Origin: Planctomycetota bacterium
GTDB lineage: Bacteria; Planctomycetota; Brocadiia; JAADGH01
Direction: 5' to 3'
Assembly: GCA_040755855.1 (NCBI GenBank)
Contig: JBFMAD010000001.1
Span: 64,001-128,000, forward strand
Length of the DNA: 64,000 bases
Part shown: piece after piece, positions 37,813 through 46,856 of the stretch
Position numbering within the stretch: position 1 is the stretch's first letter
How the letters are laid out: each line of letters begins with the position of its first letter
Notes under the pieces: model-generated
Seen by the model: only the letters and a program-made list of their open reading frames with translations
What the model was told of the DNA's origin: nothing
Database searches by the model: none
Made by a program: the position numbers and the translations under genes

Positions 37813-38061
37813 ATGGGAGAAAAATCGGTAGCGGACCGCGTCCGGAAGGTCACGGCGAAAATCCTCAAGATAGACGAATCCCAGGTCAAGCCGGAGAGCC
37901 ACTTCGTGAAGGACCTCGGCGCGCAGTCCATCCAGAGCGTCGAGCTCGTCGCGGCCTTCGAGGAGGAGTTCGACATCGAGATGGATGAAGACGAGGCCCT
38001 CGAGGTGAAGACCGTCGGCGACGCGGTGGCGTTCATCCAGAAATCCGTTGACGAGCAATAG
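37813..38061 (+). CDS. Second, atypical acyl carrier protein
   Basis: 82 aa acidic protein, DLGAQSIQSVELVAAFEEEFDI...VKTVGDAV. Confidence 0.85.
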   Translation: MGEKSVADRVRKVTAKILKIDESQVKPESHFVKDLGAQSIQSVELVAAFEEEFDIEMDEDEALEVKTVGDAVAFIQKSVDEQ

Positions 38062-38078
38062 TACGATTCGCCGGGACC

Positions 38079-38111
38079 AAAGGCTTCGGACGTCCTGCGT
38101 TCGAAGCCTTT
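38079..38111 (+). terminator. Hairpin, probable terminator
   Basis: AAAGGCTTCG...CGAAGCCTTT after the ACP stop. Confidence 0.55.
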
Positions 38112-38142
38112 CTACCTATGCGGCGGCGACATGAGGTAGGCC

Positions 38143-39114
38143 ATGGATCATGTCCGGATTGGGTTCATCGGGGCCGGGGGGCTCGCCACGCGGGTACACT
38201 ATCCCTCCCTGGTCGAGATTGAGAGCGCCTCGATCGAGGCAATCTGCGACCTGAACGAGCAGCGCCTGAACGAAGCGGGCGAAAAATTCGCCGTCGAGAA
38301 ACGCTTCGCCCGCCACAAGGAGATGCTCGACTCCGTCGAACTCGACGCCGTCTACATCGTCATGCCGCCGCACCTGATGCACGACCTCGTCGTGGACTGC
38401 CTCAACCGAAAGAAGCACATCTTCGTCGAGAAGCCCCTCGGCGTGCACAGCCTCCAGGCCGTGGAGCTGGCCAAGCTCGCCGAACGCAACGGCTGCCTTA
38501 CGATGGTCGGTTTCAACCGGCGCTTCATGCCGGTCCTTGTGAAGGCCCGAGCGATGGTTGAGGAGCGCGGGCCGATCACCCACTGCATGGCGACGTTCTT
38601 CAAGAACTACGACGGCAACATGCCCTTCTTCCGCGGTGCGACCGACATCCTCACCGCCGACGGCATTCATTGCGTGGATACCCTCCGCTGGCTGTGCGGG
38701 GAGGCGAAGGCCGCGGCGAGCGACATTAACCGCTTCGGCGTAACCTACGAGAACAGCTTCAACGCCGTCATGCGCTTCGCGGGCGGGGCGACGGCAATCC
38801 TGAACACGAATTGGTCGGTGGGGACGCGGGTGCACTGCTTCGAGATCCACGGCAGGGGCGTCTCGGCATTCATCAATCCCGACGCAACCTGTGTGGTATA
38901 CAAGGATAACGACAAGCTGGAAGAGGGCGTCCGGCTCGATCCGGCGGGGCTGGCGGGAAGCGCTGACTACCATAAAGTGCAAGGATTCTTCCAGGAGAAC
39001 ATGCACTTCATCGAATGTATCCGGGCGGGCAGAGCCCCGATGTCGAATTTCTCCGACGCGGCCAAGACCATGCTCTTGATTGACCGCATTCGAGAGAGTA
39101 GGATTTGTGAGTAA
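38143..39114 (+). CDS. Gfo/Idh/MocA family oxidoreductase
   Basis: RIGFIGAG, FVEKPL, VGFNRRF, GIHCVD. Confidence 0.9.
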   Translation: MDHVRIGFIGAGGLATRVHYPSLVEIESASIEAICDLNEQRLNEAGEKFAVEKRFARHKEMLDSVELDAVYIVMPPHLMHDLVVDCLNRKKHIFVEKPLGVHSLQAVELAKLAERNGCLTMVGFNRRFMPVLVKARAMVEERGPITHCMATFFKNYDGNMPFFRGATDILTADGIHCVDTLRWLCGEAKAAASDINRFGVTYENSFNAVMRFAGGATAILNTNWSVGTRVHCFEIHGRGVSAFINPDATCVVYKDNDKLEEGVRLDPAGLAGSADYHKVQGFFQENMHFIECIRAGRAPMSNFSDAAKTMLLIDRIRESRICE

Positions 39115-39133
39115 GACGTTGGGAGGTGTTCTG

Positions 39134-39595
39134 ATGGCGCGATCCATGCTATGGGCTTGTTTGCTGCTGGCCGCCGGCTGCGCCGCGCGGAAGATGGACC
39201 CAGCCTTCCAAGGGGGGACGAACAAGGAATTTGTCTATATCGTGGGCGAGACACAGGGCGGGGATATCCGGCTCGAATACAAGCAAGGCCTGACGGTCCT
39301 GGACCTCGTCTCCCAGCGCGGCGGCATCACCACCCGCGGCACGGCCGAGAAAATCCACGTCTATCGCCCCTCCGAGGGCAAAACCTTGAGTTGCAACCTG
39401 GACTATAACAAGATCGAAAAGGGCGACGCCCGGCAGAATATCATCCTTCAGGGCGGCGACATCGTCTATGTTCCCAAGACGGTCACCACCGCGCTCTATG
39501 ACGGATTCAAGGCCATCTTTCCCCCATGGGAGGACATGATGGGGAAGGGGGCCCAGTGGGCGGAAATGTACGCAGCCAGCAAGGCGGCGAAGTAG
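39134..39595 (+). CDS. SLBB-domain lipoprotein (polysaccharide-export-like)
   Basis: Lipobox LAAGC; VYIVGE...GGIT...NIILQGGDIVYVP. Confidence 0.7.
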   Translation: MARSMLWACLLLAAGCAARKMDPAFQGGTNKEFVYIVGETQGGDIRLEYKQGLTVLDLVSQRGGITTRGTAEKIHVYRPSEGKTLSCNLDYNKIEKGDARQNIILQGGDIVYVPKTVTTALYDGFKAIFPPWEDMMGKGAQWAEMYAASKAAK

Positions 39596-39601
39596 CGCAA
39601 G

Positions 39602-39697
39602 GTCGAACAGTCCAAGGGTCGAAGAGTCGAAAAGTAGAGAATTCCCGACTCTTAGACCCTTAGACCCTTTGACTCTTGGCCCCTTTGACTCTTGGAT
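39602..39697. repeat. Head-to-head inverted 8-mer arrays with no enclosed gene
   Basis: Five GTCGAAGA-like units (39602-39641) abutting seven TCTTxGAC-like units (39642-39697). Confidence 0.85.
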
Positions 39698-39710
39698 AAA
39701 GGAGTATGTC

Positions 39711-40520
39711 ATGGCGAAGATCCGAATCGGCGCTCATCCGTGGGTCTACGCGGCGAAACAGCCGCAATACGACATCTTTCCCATCCTTGATCAAATCTTC
39801 AGCGACATGGCCTACGCCGGCATGGGCGGCATCGAGTTGATGCACACCGCCCTCCGCCACGACGGCGCCGTCAAGCGCCTGAGCGAGTTGTCAAAGAAAC
39901 ACGTCCTGCCGGTCATCGGGACGTCCTTCGGCGGAAACATGTGGGATGCCCAGCAGGCCAAAGATGTGGTGAAAGACGCCGAACTCATCATCCCCCGCCT
40001 CGCCCAGCTGGGCGGAACGAACCTGGGCACGTCGGTCGGCAAGGCCCCCCAGCCCAAGGCCCCCGAGCAGTTCGACGTCCAGGCCGATACCCTCCGGAAG
40101 ATCATGGCCGTCTGCAAGGACCACGGCGTCCTTCTCAACCTGCACAACCACACCTACGAGGTCGAGAACAACGAGCATGACCTGCGCGGCACTCTCGAAC
40201 GCATCCCCGATGTCAAGCTGGGGCCGGACCTCAACTGGGCCCTCCGGGGAGGGATAGACCCTGTTGATTTCATCCGCCGCCATGGGAAAAGAATCGTGTT
40301 CCTCCATCTCCGCGACCAGGCCGCCGACGGTAAGTGGTCGGAGGCCATGGGTGAGGGCGACATGGACTACGCTGCCATCGGCAAGGCCCTGCAGGCAGTC
40401 GGATTTTACGGCGACGCGGCCATCGAGCTGGCCCACGAGCGGAACTTCGAACTTACCCGACCGCTGCGCGAAAGCCTGAAGATGAGCCGGGAGTACGTGC
40501 GCAGTACGCTGGGATATTGA
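39711..40520 (+). CDS. Sugar phosphate isomerase/epimerase (xylose isomerase-like TIM barrel)
   Basis: GIEL, LHNHTYE, GPDLNW, HLRD, MGEGDMDY, IEL. Confidence 0.85.
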   Translation: MAKIRIGAHPWVYAAKQPQYDIFPILDQIFSDMAYAGMGGIELMHTALRHDGAVKRLSELSKKHVLPVIGTSFGGNMWDAQQAKDVVKDAELIIPRLAQLGGTNLGTSVGKAPQPKAPEQFDVQADTLRKIMAVCKDHGVLLNLHNHTYEVENNEHDLRGTLERIPDVKLGPDLNWALRGGIDPVDFIRRHGKRIVFLHLRDQAADGKWSEAMGEGDMDYAAIGKALQAVGFYGDAAIELAHERNFELTRPLRESLKMSREYVRSTLGY

Positions 40521-40531
40521 TACAAGGCTCC

Positions 40532-40563
40532 GACCTCCCGGAGGTTCCAACCTCCGGGAGGTC
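40532..40563. repeat. REP-like palindrome, ACCTCCCGGAGGT family
   Basis: GACCTCCCGGAGGTTCCAACCTCCGGGAGGTC, 11 nt after the stop codon. Confidence 0.85.
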
Positions 40564-40736
40564 GAAACTTGGGGTACTGATACCGCGCATCAGGGGCGCC
40601 GGACAGCCCTCGCACAATCTTGGGCAAATTGACTTGAAATCCGGCCCCCTTCTGCTATACTTTAAAAGTAATTCACTTGCAGGGGGGGCAATATCTCGAT
40701 ATAGCATGGGTCCGTGCGCCAGATGAGGAACCCTTC

Positions 40737-43700
40737 GTGAACCGACCGGAGCTCGATGAGCTGTTCGCCAAAATCGCCGTGGAGGATCGCTTCGTCTCCC
40801 GGGAGCAGCTCCTCGACTGCCGCCACGCCATGGAGGCAATCGCCAAGGTCGGCGTAAAACGGTCGCTCCAGGACATCATGATTGACAAGGGCTTCCTGAC
40901 TAAGGAAGAGGTCCTGGAGATCCTGCGGCGGCTCGTCCGCGAGGGCGTCCGTCCCCATATCGGCAACTTCGAAATCCTCAACAAGGTGGGCGAAGGCGGG
41001 ATGGGGACCGTCTACAAGGCCCGCCAGCTCAGCCTGGACCGGGTGGTCGCCCTCAAGGTGCTCCCCCCCCGCCTGGCGAAGGACGAAATCTTCGTCCGAC
41101 GATTCATCCGCGAGGCCAAGACGGCCGCCAAACTGGCCCACAAGAACATTATCACCATCCTCGACGTCGGGGAGTCGAACGGGTTTTACTTCATCGCAAT
41201 GGAATTCATAGACGGCCCCACCGTCGCCGACATCGTGGAGCGCAACGGGCGAATCGCCGAGAGCGAGGCCCTGCGCATCTGCAAGGAGGTGGCCGAGGGC
41301 CTCGCCTTCGCCGCCCAATTCGGGATCGTCCACCGCGACATCAAGCCGGCCAACATCATGCTGGCCCGCGACGGCACGGTAAAACTCTGCGACATGGGCC
41401 TGGCCAAGCAGACCAAACTGGACGACGCCTCCGTCACCGAATCGGGCGCCGCCATCGGCACGCCGCTCTACATGTCCCCCGAGCAGGCCCGAGGCGATGT
41501 TGGCATTGACAGCCGCAGCGACATCTATTCCCTGGGCGCCACCCTCTTCTTCATGGCCACCGGCGAGCCGCCGTTCCGGGGGCGCACCCCCCTCGAAATC
41601 CTCCGAAAACGACTCGAACTGCCGCCGCCCTGGGCGGGTGAACTGAACCCCGAGCTCTCCGAGTGGACGTGCAGCACCATCCAGACCATGATGGCCACCG
41701 ACCCGGCGAACCGATACCAGAGCGCCGAGGACGTGGTGCAGATGCTCGACTCGCGCGGTCGGGGCAGGGCCCACGCCGTGGTGGCGCGCGTGGTCAGCGC
41801 TGTGCAGAGGGACTCGATTCCGGCAGATGTCGTTGCCCGGCGGTTGCGGCGCGCAAGGATCAATATCGTCGTCCTGACCGCTGCGGTGGTGTTCGCCGCG
41901 ATCTTTGTGATCGGATTGGTCCTGATGTCGAAGGACAAAAAGAAGGAAAAGCCCCCTCCACCGCCAGCGCAGGTAGCGAGTCCTTTGCCGGCGCAGGTAA
42001 CCGCGACTCCGGCGGCCGCACCCACTCCCCCGCCCAAATCGTCGCCGGATAAAGGCCCCGCGAAACCCGGCAAGGACGACGGAAAGAAGCCGCCGAAGGA
42101 GCCGTCCGCAGCCGATCCCCTTGCCGAGATGAAAGAGCAGGTGAAGCAGCTGATGGAAAAGGGCAAGCACGCGGAGGCGCTGAGCCTCCTCGAACGCTTT
42201 CCCCCCGCGGGGGAAAAGTGGGTGAAATCCAGCCGCGAAAAGATCGAGCAGGCAGTCCACCATCGCTTCGACTCACGAAAGAAGGAGGCCGACGCCCTGG
42301 TGGCCGAGGGCAAGCTGGCGGACGCCCTCAAGCTCTACGCAGCGATGAAAGAATACGGCTTACCATCCATCACTAAACGGGCCGATGAGGAGATCGAGAC
42401 GATCCGCAACCTCCAGGCGCAGGAGCGGGACCGGGCCACGGCCGCTGTGCGAAAGGGATACCTCAAGATCCTCGCGGAGATACAGGGATATGTGGACCGG
42501 AAGGACTACGCCGGCGGGATAGCCCACTGCGAAAGTCTGGCGAAAGAAGCGGCCGGCAAGGACCTGAAGGAAAAACTCGACGTCGAGAAAGAGGCCCTGC
42601 TTCTGATGATGAAAATTCGCGAGCGCGCTGAGAACTGCGGCGAACGCATGGGCGGGCGGCCGTTCACGATATCGGGCATGACCGGGACCATCCTGGGAGT
42701 CGAGAACGGCAATCTGAAGCTCGAGATCAACGGCGTGCCCTTCCCAAAGTCCCTGGACAAGATCGAACCCCTGAAGATATTGGAGCTTGCCGTAGGCGGC
42801 GAGGAGGAGGAAACGGCGCAGAGCCACCTCATGCGCGGCGTGTTCATGGTTTACCATGGCGACACGACGAGCGCAAAGGAAGAGCTCCAGGCCGCAGCGG
42901 TGAAAGGCGGGAAAGACGAACTTAGACTCGCCACAGCGTTTCTGGAGCGCATCGAGGTAGCCGGCGTGTCCATAGCGGCCGGCGACGCAGACAAGCTGGT
43001 GAAGCAGGCGCAGGACCTCTTCGAAAAACGCAAATGGGAAGACGTGATCCAGATGGTCGAGCAGATCAAGGCCGACTACGGCGAGACGGAGATATACAAG
43101 TCAAAAGAGGCGGAACTGGAGCGACTGGCCGGCAGGGCGCACGTATGCATGATGGCCTGGGCCGAGAAAGACATGATCCTGATCAAAGGCGGAAAGTTCC
43201 GCTACCAGGAAAACGCTGATCGCACCATCCCCTCCTTCCAGATTGACAAGTACGAGGTCACCAACGCCCAGTACAGGGCCTTCGCGGACTACATCGCCAA
43301 GACAGGCGACCACTCCTTCTGCTACCAAAAGGAGCCGAAGGACCAGGATCACCTCGCCCTCGGCTTCGCCGAAGAATCCCTCAGCAAACCCGACCAGCCG
43401 GTGGTCGGATTGAGCTGGTACGACGCCTACGCCTACGCCGCCTGCGTCTTCAAGCGACTTCCCACGGAAGCCGAATGGGAAAAGGCCGCCCGGGGCGAGA
43501 AGGGACGCCTCTATCCCTGGGGCGACGAGATGGACGAGACATGCATGGTCACCGCCTCCAATCGTGACGGCGCACAGTATCCTGTCCCCCCAACCGACCC
43601 CGCATTTTCTAAGGGCGCAAGCCCATTCGGCGCGGTCCACATGCTCGGCAACGCCGCCGAGTGGACGTCGGACTGGTTCGACGATCTTCGCAGCGGACGC

Positions 43701-43829
43701 GTTGTCCGCGGCGGCGGATGGGACACCCGCCCCGCGAATCCACCCCTTACCGCGACCCTCCGCAACCAGATGGAACCCACCGTCAAGGAACTGTCCGTCG
43801 GCCTCCGGTGCGTCAGAGACGTCAAGTAG
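40737..43829 (+). CDS. Membrane Ser/Thr protein kinase with C-terminal FGE-sulfatase (SUMF1) domain
   Basis: VGEGGMGTVYKA, HRDIKPAN, DMGLAK, GTPLYMSPEQ; TM helix; Pro-rich linker; YEVTNAQY, RLPTEAEWEKAARG, GNAAEW, VVRGG, GLRC. Confidence 0.92.
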   Translation: MNRPELDELFAKIAVEDRFVSREQLLDCRHAMEAIAKVGVKRSLQDIMIDKGFLTKEEVLEILRRLVREGVRPHIGNFEILNKVGEGGMGTVYKARQLSLDRVVALKVLPPRLAKDEIFVRRFIREAKTAAKLAHKNIITILDVGESNGFYFIAMEFIDGPTVADIVERNGRIAESEALRICKEVAEGLAFAAQFGIVHRDIKPANIMLARDGTVKLCDMGLAKQTKLDDASVTESGAAIGTPLYMSPEQARGDVGIDSRSDIYSLGATLFFMATGEPPFRGRTPLEILRKRLELPPPWAGELNPELSEWTCSTIQTMMATDPANRYQSAEDVVQMLDSRGRGRAHAVVARVVSAVQRDSIPADVVARRLRRARINIVVLTAAVVFAAIFVIGLVLMSKDKKKEKPPPPPAQVASPLPAQVTATPAAAPTPPPKSSPDKGPAKPGKDDGKKPPKEPSAADPLAEMKEQVKQLMEKGKHAEALSLLERFPPAGEKWVKSSREKIEQAVHHRFDSRKKEADALVAEGKLADALKLYAAMKEYGLPSITKRADEEIETIRNLQAQERDRATAAVRKGYLKILAEIQGYVDRKDYAGGIAHCESLAKEAAGKDLKEKLDVEKEALLLMMKIRERAENCGERMGGRPFTISGMTGTILGVENGNLKLEINGVPFPKSLDKIEPLKILELAVGGEEEETAQSHLMRGVFMVYHGDTTSAKEELQAAAVKGGKDELRLATAFLERIEVAGVSIAAGDADKLVKQAQDLFEKRKWEDVIQMVEQIKADYGETEIYKSKEAELERLAGRAHVCMMAWAEKDMILIKGGKFRYQENADRTIPSFQIDKYEVTNAQYRAFADYIAKTGDHSFCYQKEPKDQDHLALGFAEESLSKPDQPVVGLSWYDAYAYAACVFKRLPTEAEWEKAARGEKGRLYPWGDEMDETCMVTASNRDGAQYPVPPTDPAFSKGASPFGAVHMLGNAAEWTSDWFDDLRSGRVVRGGGWDTRPANPPLTATLRNQMEPTVKELSVGLRCVRDVK

Positions 43830-43867
43830 CGGGCCGGCGCATCCTCACCATTCGGAGAATAGGTCTC

Positions 43868-45004
43868 ATGGTTACTTCAAAGGAACGCTTCATCGCCGCC
43901 GCCGAGCACCGCGAGACCGATCGCGTCCCCGTCGGCGAGCACTGGGTCCCCCACACCCTTGTCGAACAGGTGCTCGGCATTGACCGAACGCTCTACAATG
44001 CCTGGGGCTATACGCGCATCGCCTACTGGGAGGGCCGGCGCGACGAGGTCGTCGAGCAGAAGAAGACCCACTACGTCGAGTTCATCCGACGCACCGGACT
44101 CGACATGGCCAGCGTCTCCCTCGTCCCGCCGCGCAATTGGAAATTCGAGAAACCGACAAGACTCGCCGACGGTCTGTGGGAGGACGCCACGGGGGCGAAG
44201 CTCCGGTGGTACGAGAACGTCCACGACATCGAGATCGTCGAGGCGGGAACGAAGAAGGTCCCCCACGAACCCCATCCCGATCCCGACGGCAGCGAGTGGG
44301 AATTCTGGGACCATGTCGTCCGCAAACTCGGCAAGACCCATTTCATCATGGCCATGGCGCCTCCGCTCCAGCCGCCGTGCTACTGCCGCGTCAGCCTCGG
44401 GCAAAGCCGGTTCGGCGCGTTCGAGGACCTGATGATTCGGATCAAGGAGAACCCGGAGTCCATCGCAAACTCGCAAATCCTGGCCGCCGACGGGGTCTAT
44501 AAGGGGTCGCTCCGGGCGCGCGAGCGCGGTGCCGACGCCGTGCGCATCTGCTTTGACTACGGCTGCAGCACGGGGCCGTATTGCTCGCCCGCCGATTTCC
44601 GCCGCGCCTTCCTGCCGGGGCTGAAGGCGCAGGTTGCCGCCGTCCACCGGGCCGGCCTCAAAGTGGTCCTCCACGTGGACGGCAGTTTGGCCCCGGTGAT
44701 TGACCAGATCGCCGAGGCGGGGCCGGACATCTATCAGGCCGTGCAGATATACGAGCCTCTGGCGGACTACAAGCGGCAGGTCGGCGACCGGCTGGCCTTT
44801 TGGGGCAATGTGGACAACGACCGCATGGCCCGGGGCACGCCCGAGGAGGTCCGGGCAATGGCGCGCGCGGCCATCGCCGCGGCGAAGGAGGGGGGCGGGT
44901 TCATCCTCGGCAGCTCCCACGATGTGGTCCTGCCCACGCCGAAGGACAACTTCATGGCCATGGTCGAGACGGCGCTGACGGAGGGAGGATACGGGCGCGG
45001 CTGA
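43868..45004 (+). CDS. Uroporphyrinogen decarboxylase-family protein
   Basis: TSKERF...DRVPV, LHVDG, FWGNVD, GTPEEV, GGFILGSSH. Confidence 0.85.
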   Translation: MVTSKERFIAAAEHRETDRVPVGEHWVPHTLVEQVLGIDRTLYNAWGYTRIAYWEGRRDEVVEQKKTHYVEFIRRTGLDMASVSLVPPRNWKFEKPTRLADGLWEDATGAKLRWYENVHDIEIVEAGTKKVPHEPHPDPDGSEWEFWDHVVRKLGKTHFIMAMAPPLQPPCYCRVSLGQSRFGAFEDLMIRIKENPESIANSQILAADGVYKGSLRARERGADAVRICFDYGCSTGPYCSPADFRRAFLPGLKAQVAAVHRAGLKVVLHVDGSLAPVIDQIAEAGPDIYQAVQIYEPLADYKRQVGDRLAFWGNVDNDRMARGTPEEVRAMARAAIAAAKEGGGFILGSSHDVVLPTPKDNFMAMVETALTEGGYGRG

Positions 45005-45188
45005 GCCTTGCGTCGCCAGCGGTCTTGTTGGTTCAGCGAACAATCTGCCCTGCGCCGGAACCTTGACTTTTTGCCGCCATTGTGATAAATAGGATAGATA
45101 GAATGTATCGTGTAAGCGGGGAGCGTCCGGAGGCGACGCGCCCCATAGGTTGGTGAAGCGAGCCCCACTCAACATTTCCCAAGAGACC

Positions 45189-46856
45189 ATGAATATCGTC
45201 CTCTTCTCCATGCCGGATAGCATCCCGCACTTCAGCCCGACGGCGTGGAAGCCGCCGAGCCTGGCCTGCGGGCTGCTCGCGGCAAACACGCCTAAGCACG
45301 ATGTCTTCATCGCCGACCTCGTCCTGCGCCGGGGCGATGTGCCGGGCGCAGTGCAGGAGGCGATCAAGACCTACCGGCCCAGGCTGGTCGGCCTGAGCGC
45401 GATGAGCTTCCAGTACGACACGGCCCGTCATTGCGCGAAACTCATCCGCAAGGAATTCCCCGACGTCAAGATCGCCATCGGCGGGTACCATGCGACGCTG
45501 ATGTTCATGGAAATCAGCGAGGGCGAGGACGGACAGTACTTTGATTTCATCCTCCGCGGCGAGGGCGACAAGTCCTTCGCCGAGCTGGCCGACGCCGTGG
45601 ACGGCAACCAGGACTACTCGACCGTCCGCGGCCTGACCTACATCGCCGACGGCGAGGTCCATCACAATCCCCCGCGTGAACTGGAAGACTTAGAGACCAT
45701 CGCCTACCCCAAGCGCGACGCGCGCATCTGGACAGGCTACGGCTACTACATGAAGAACCTCGACGTCCTCGAGACCTCTCGCGGATGCGTCATGGCCTGC
45801 ACCTTCTGCAGCATGCAGAAGATGTACGGCAAGAGCTTCCGCCGCTTCCCCCTCGACCGCGTCATCGCCGACATCGCCGACGCGAAGGCGCACGGCGTTC
45901 GCGCCATCGCCATCGGCGACGACAACATCACGCTCGACATCCCGCGCTTCGAGGAGCTGTGCGACCGCATCGTCGCGGCGGGGCTGAACGACGTCTTCTA
46001 CATCGTCCAGGCCAGCTCGCACGGCATTGCTTCGAGCGAGTCGCTCGTGCGCAAGATGGACAGGGCGAACTTCCGCATCGTCTTCCTCGGCATCGAGAAC
46101 GTGAGCGCGCGCAGCCTGAAGCACATGAAGAAGGGCAACATCGTCGAGAAGACGAAGGAGGCCGTGCGGCTGCTCCACAAGTACCGCATCATGATCGTCG
46201 GCGGGATGATCATCGGCCACCCGTGGGACGACGAGAAGGAACTCATCGAGAACTACGACTTCTTCGACCAACTCGACATTGACTTCTACGGCGACCAGAT
46301 CATCACCCCGTACCCCAAGACCATCGCCCGCGACCAGCAGGTGGCGGCGGGGTCTGTGGTCAACCCGAACGACTTCCGGTGGTACAACGGCTACTGGGCG
46401 AACATCCGCACCGACCACCTGACCGCCGATGAGCTGCTCTTCCTGCGGTGGAAGCACCGCCGACTGCGCTCGACCTTTTACAAGACGACGAAGGCCTTCC
46501 GCGCCAACTTCCCCGTCCTTGACCTCCTGCGGAAGATCTGGTTCCGCCATTACAAGCGGCTGAAGGAATACATCCAGAACCGCGGCATGACGGACCGTCA
46601 GGTCTTCGAGCGCGAGATGACCCACCACATCCTGGTGAACAATTTCTTCGGCGACCGGGAACCCTACAGGCCCTTCGATCATATTTACGCAAATGTGAAT
46701 AATATCGTGCGGCCCGCCGAGAGCACGCCCACGCCCGGAGGGAAGGACCCCATCGCCGACTGGCAGGAGGCCATTGACCGATTCTCCTCCGCCGCGCCGA
46801 AGCGCGGTTCCAAGGAACCGAGCCATGTCAAGACCCCCGACCCCGGCAACCAATAG
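45189..46856 (+). CDS. B12-binding-domain radical SAM protein
   Basis: VGLSAM...GGYHAT...RGEGD, ETSRGCVMACTFC (CxxxCxxC), DDNIT, LGIE. Confidence 0.92.
   Translation: MNIVLFSMPDSIPHFSPTAWKPPSLACGLLAANTPKHDVFIADLVLRRGDVPGAVQEAIKTYRPRLVGLSAMSFQYDTARHCAKLIRKEFPDVKIAIGGYHATLMFMEISEGEDGQYFDFILRGEGDKSFAELADAVDGNQDYSTVRGLTYIADGEVHHNPPRELEDLETIAYPKRDARIWTGYGYYMKNLDVLETSRGCVMACTFCSMQKMYGKSFRRFPLDRVIADIADAKAHGVRAIAIGDDNITLDIPRFEELCDRIVAAGLNDVFYIVQASSHGIASSESLVRKMDRANFRIVFLGIENVSARSLKHMKKGNIVEKTKEAVRLLHKYRIMIVGGMIIGHPWDDEKELIENYDFFDQLDIDFYGDQIITPYPKTIARDQQVAAGSVVNPNDFRWYNGYWANIRTDHLTADELLFLRWKHRRLRSTFYKTTKAFRANFPVLDLLRKIWFRHYKRLKEYIQNRGMTDRQVFEREMTHHILVNNFFGDREPYRPFDHIYANVNNIVRPAESTPTPGGKDPIADWQEAIDRFSSAAPKRGSKEPSHVKTPDPGNQ

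Noticed and set aside
43140..43829. FGE/C-type-lectin domain as a DGR target, given the Avd-like four-helix-bundle gene
   Set aside because: No reverse transcriptase and no template/variable repeat pair with adenine-specific differences were seen in the window.
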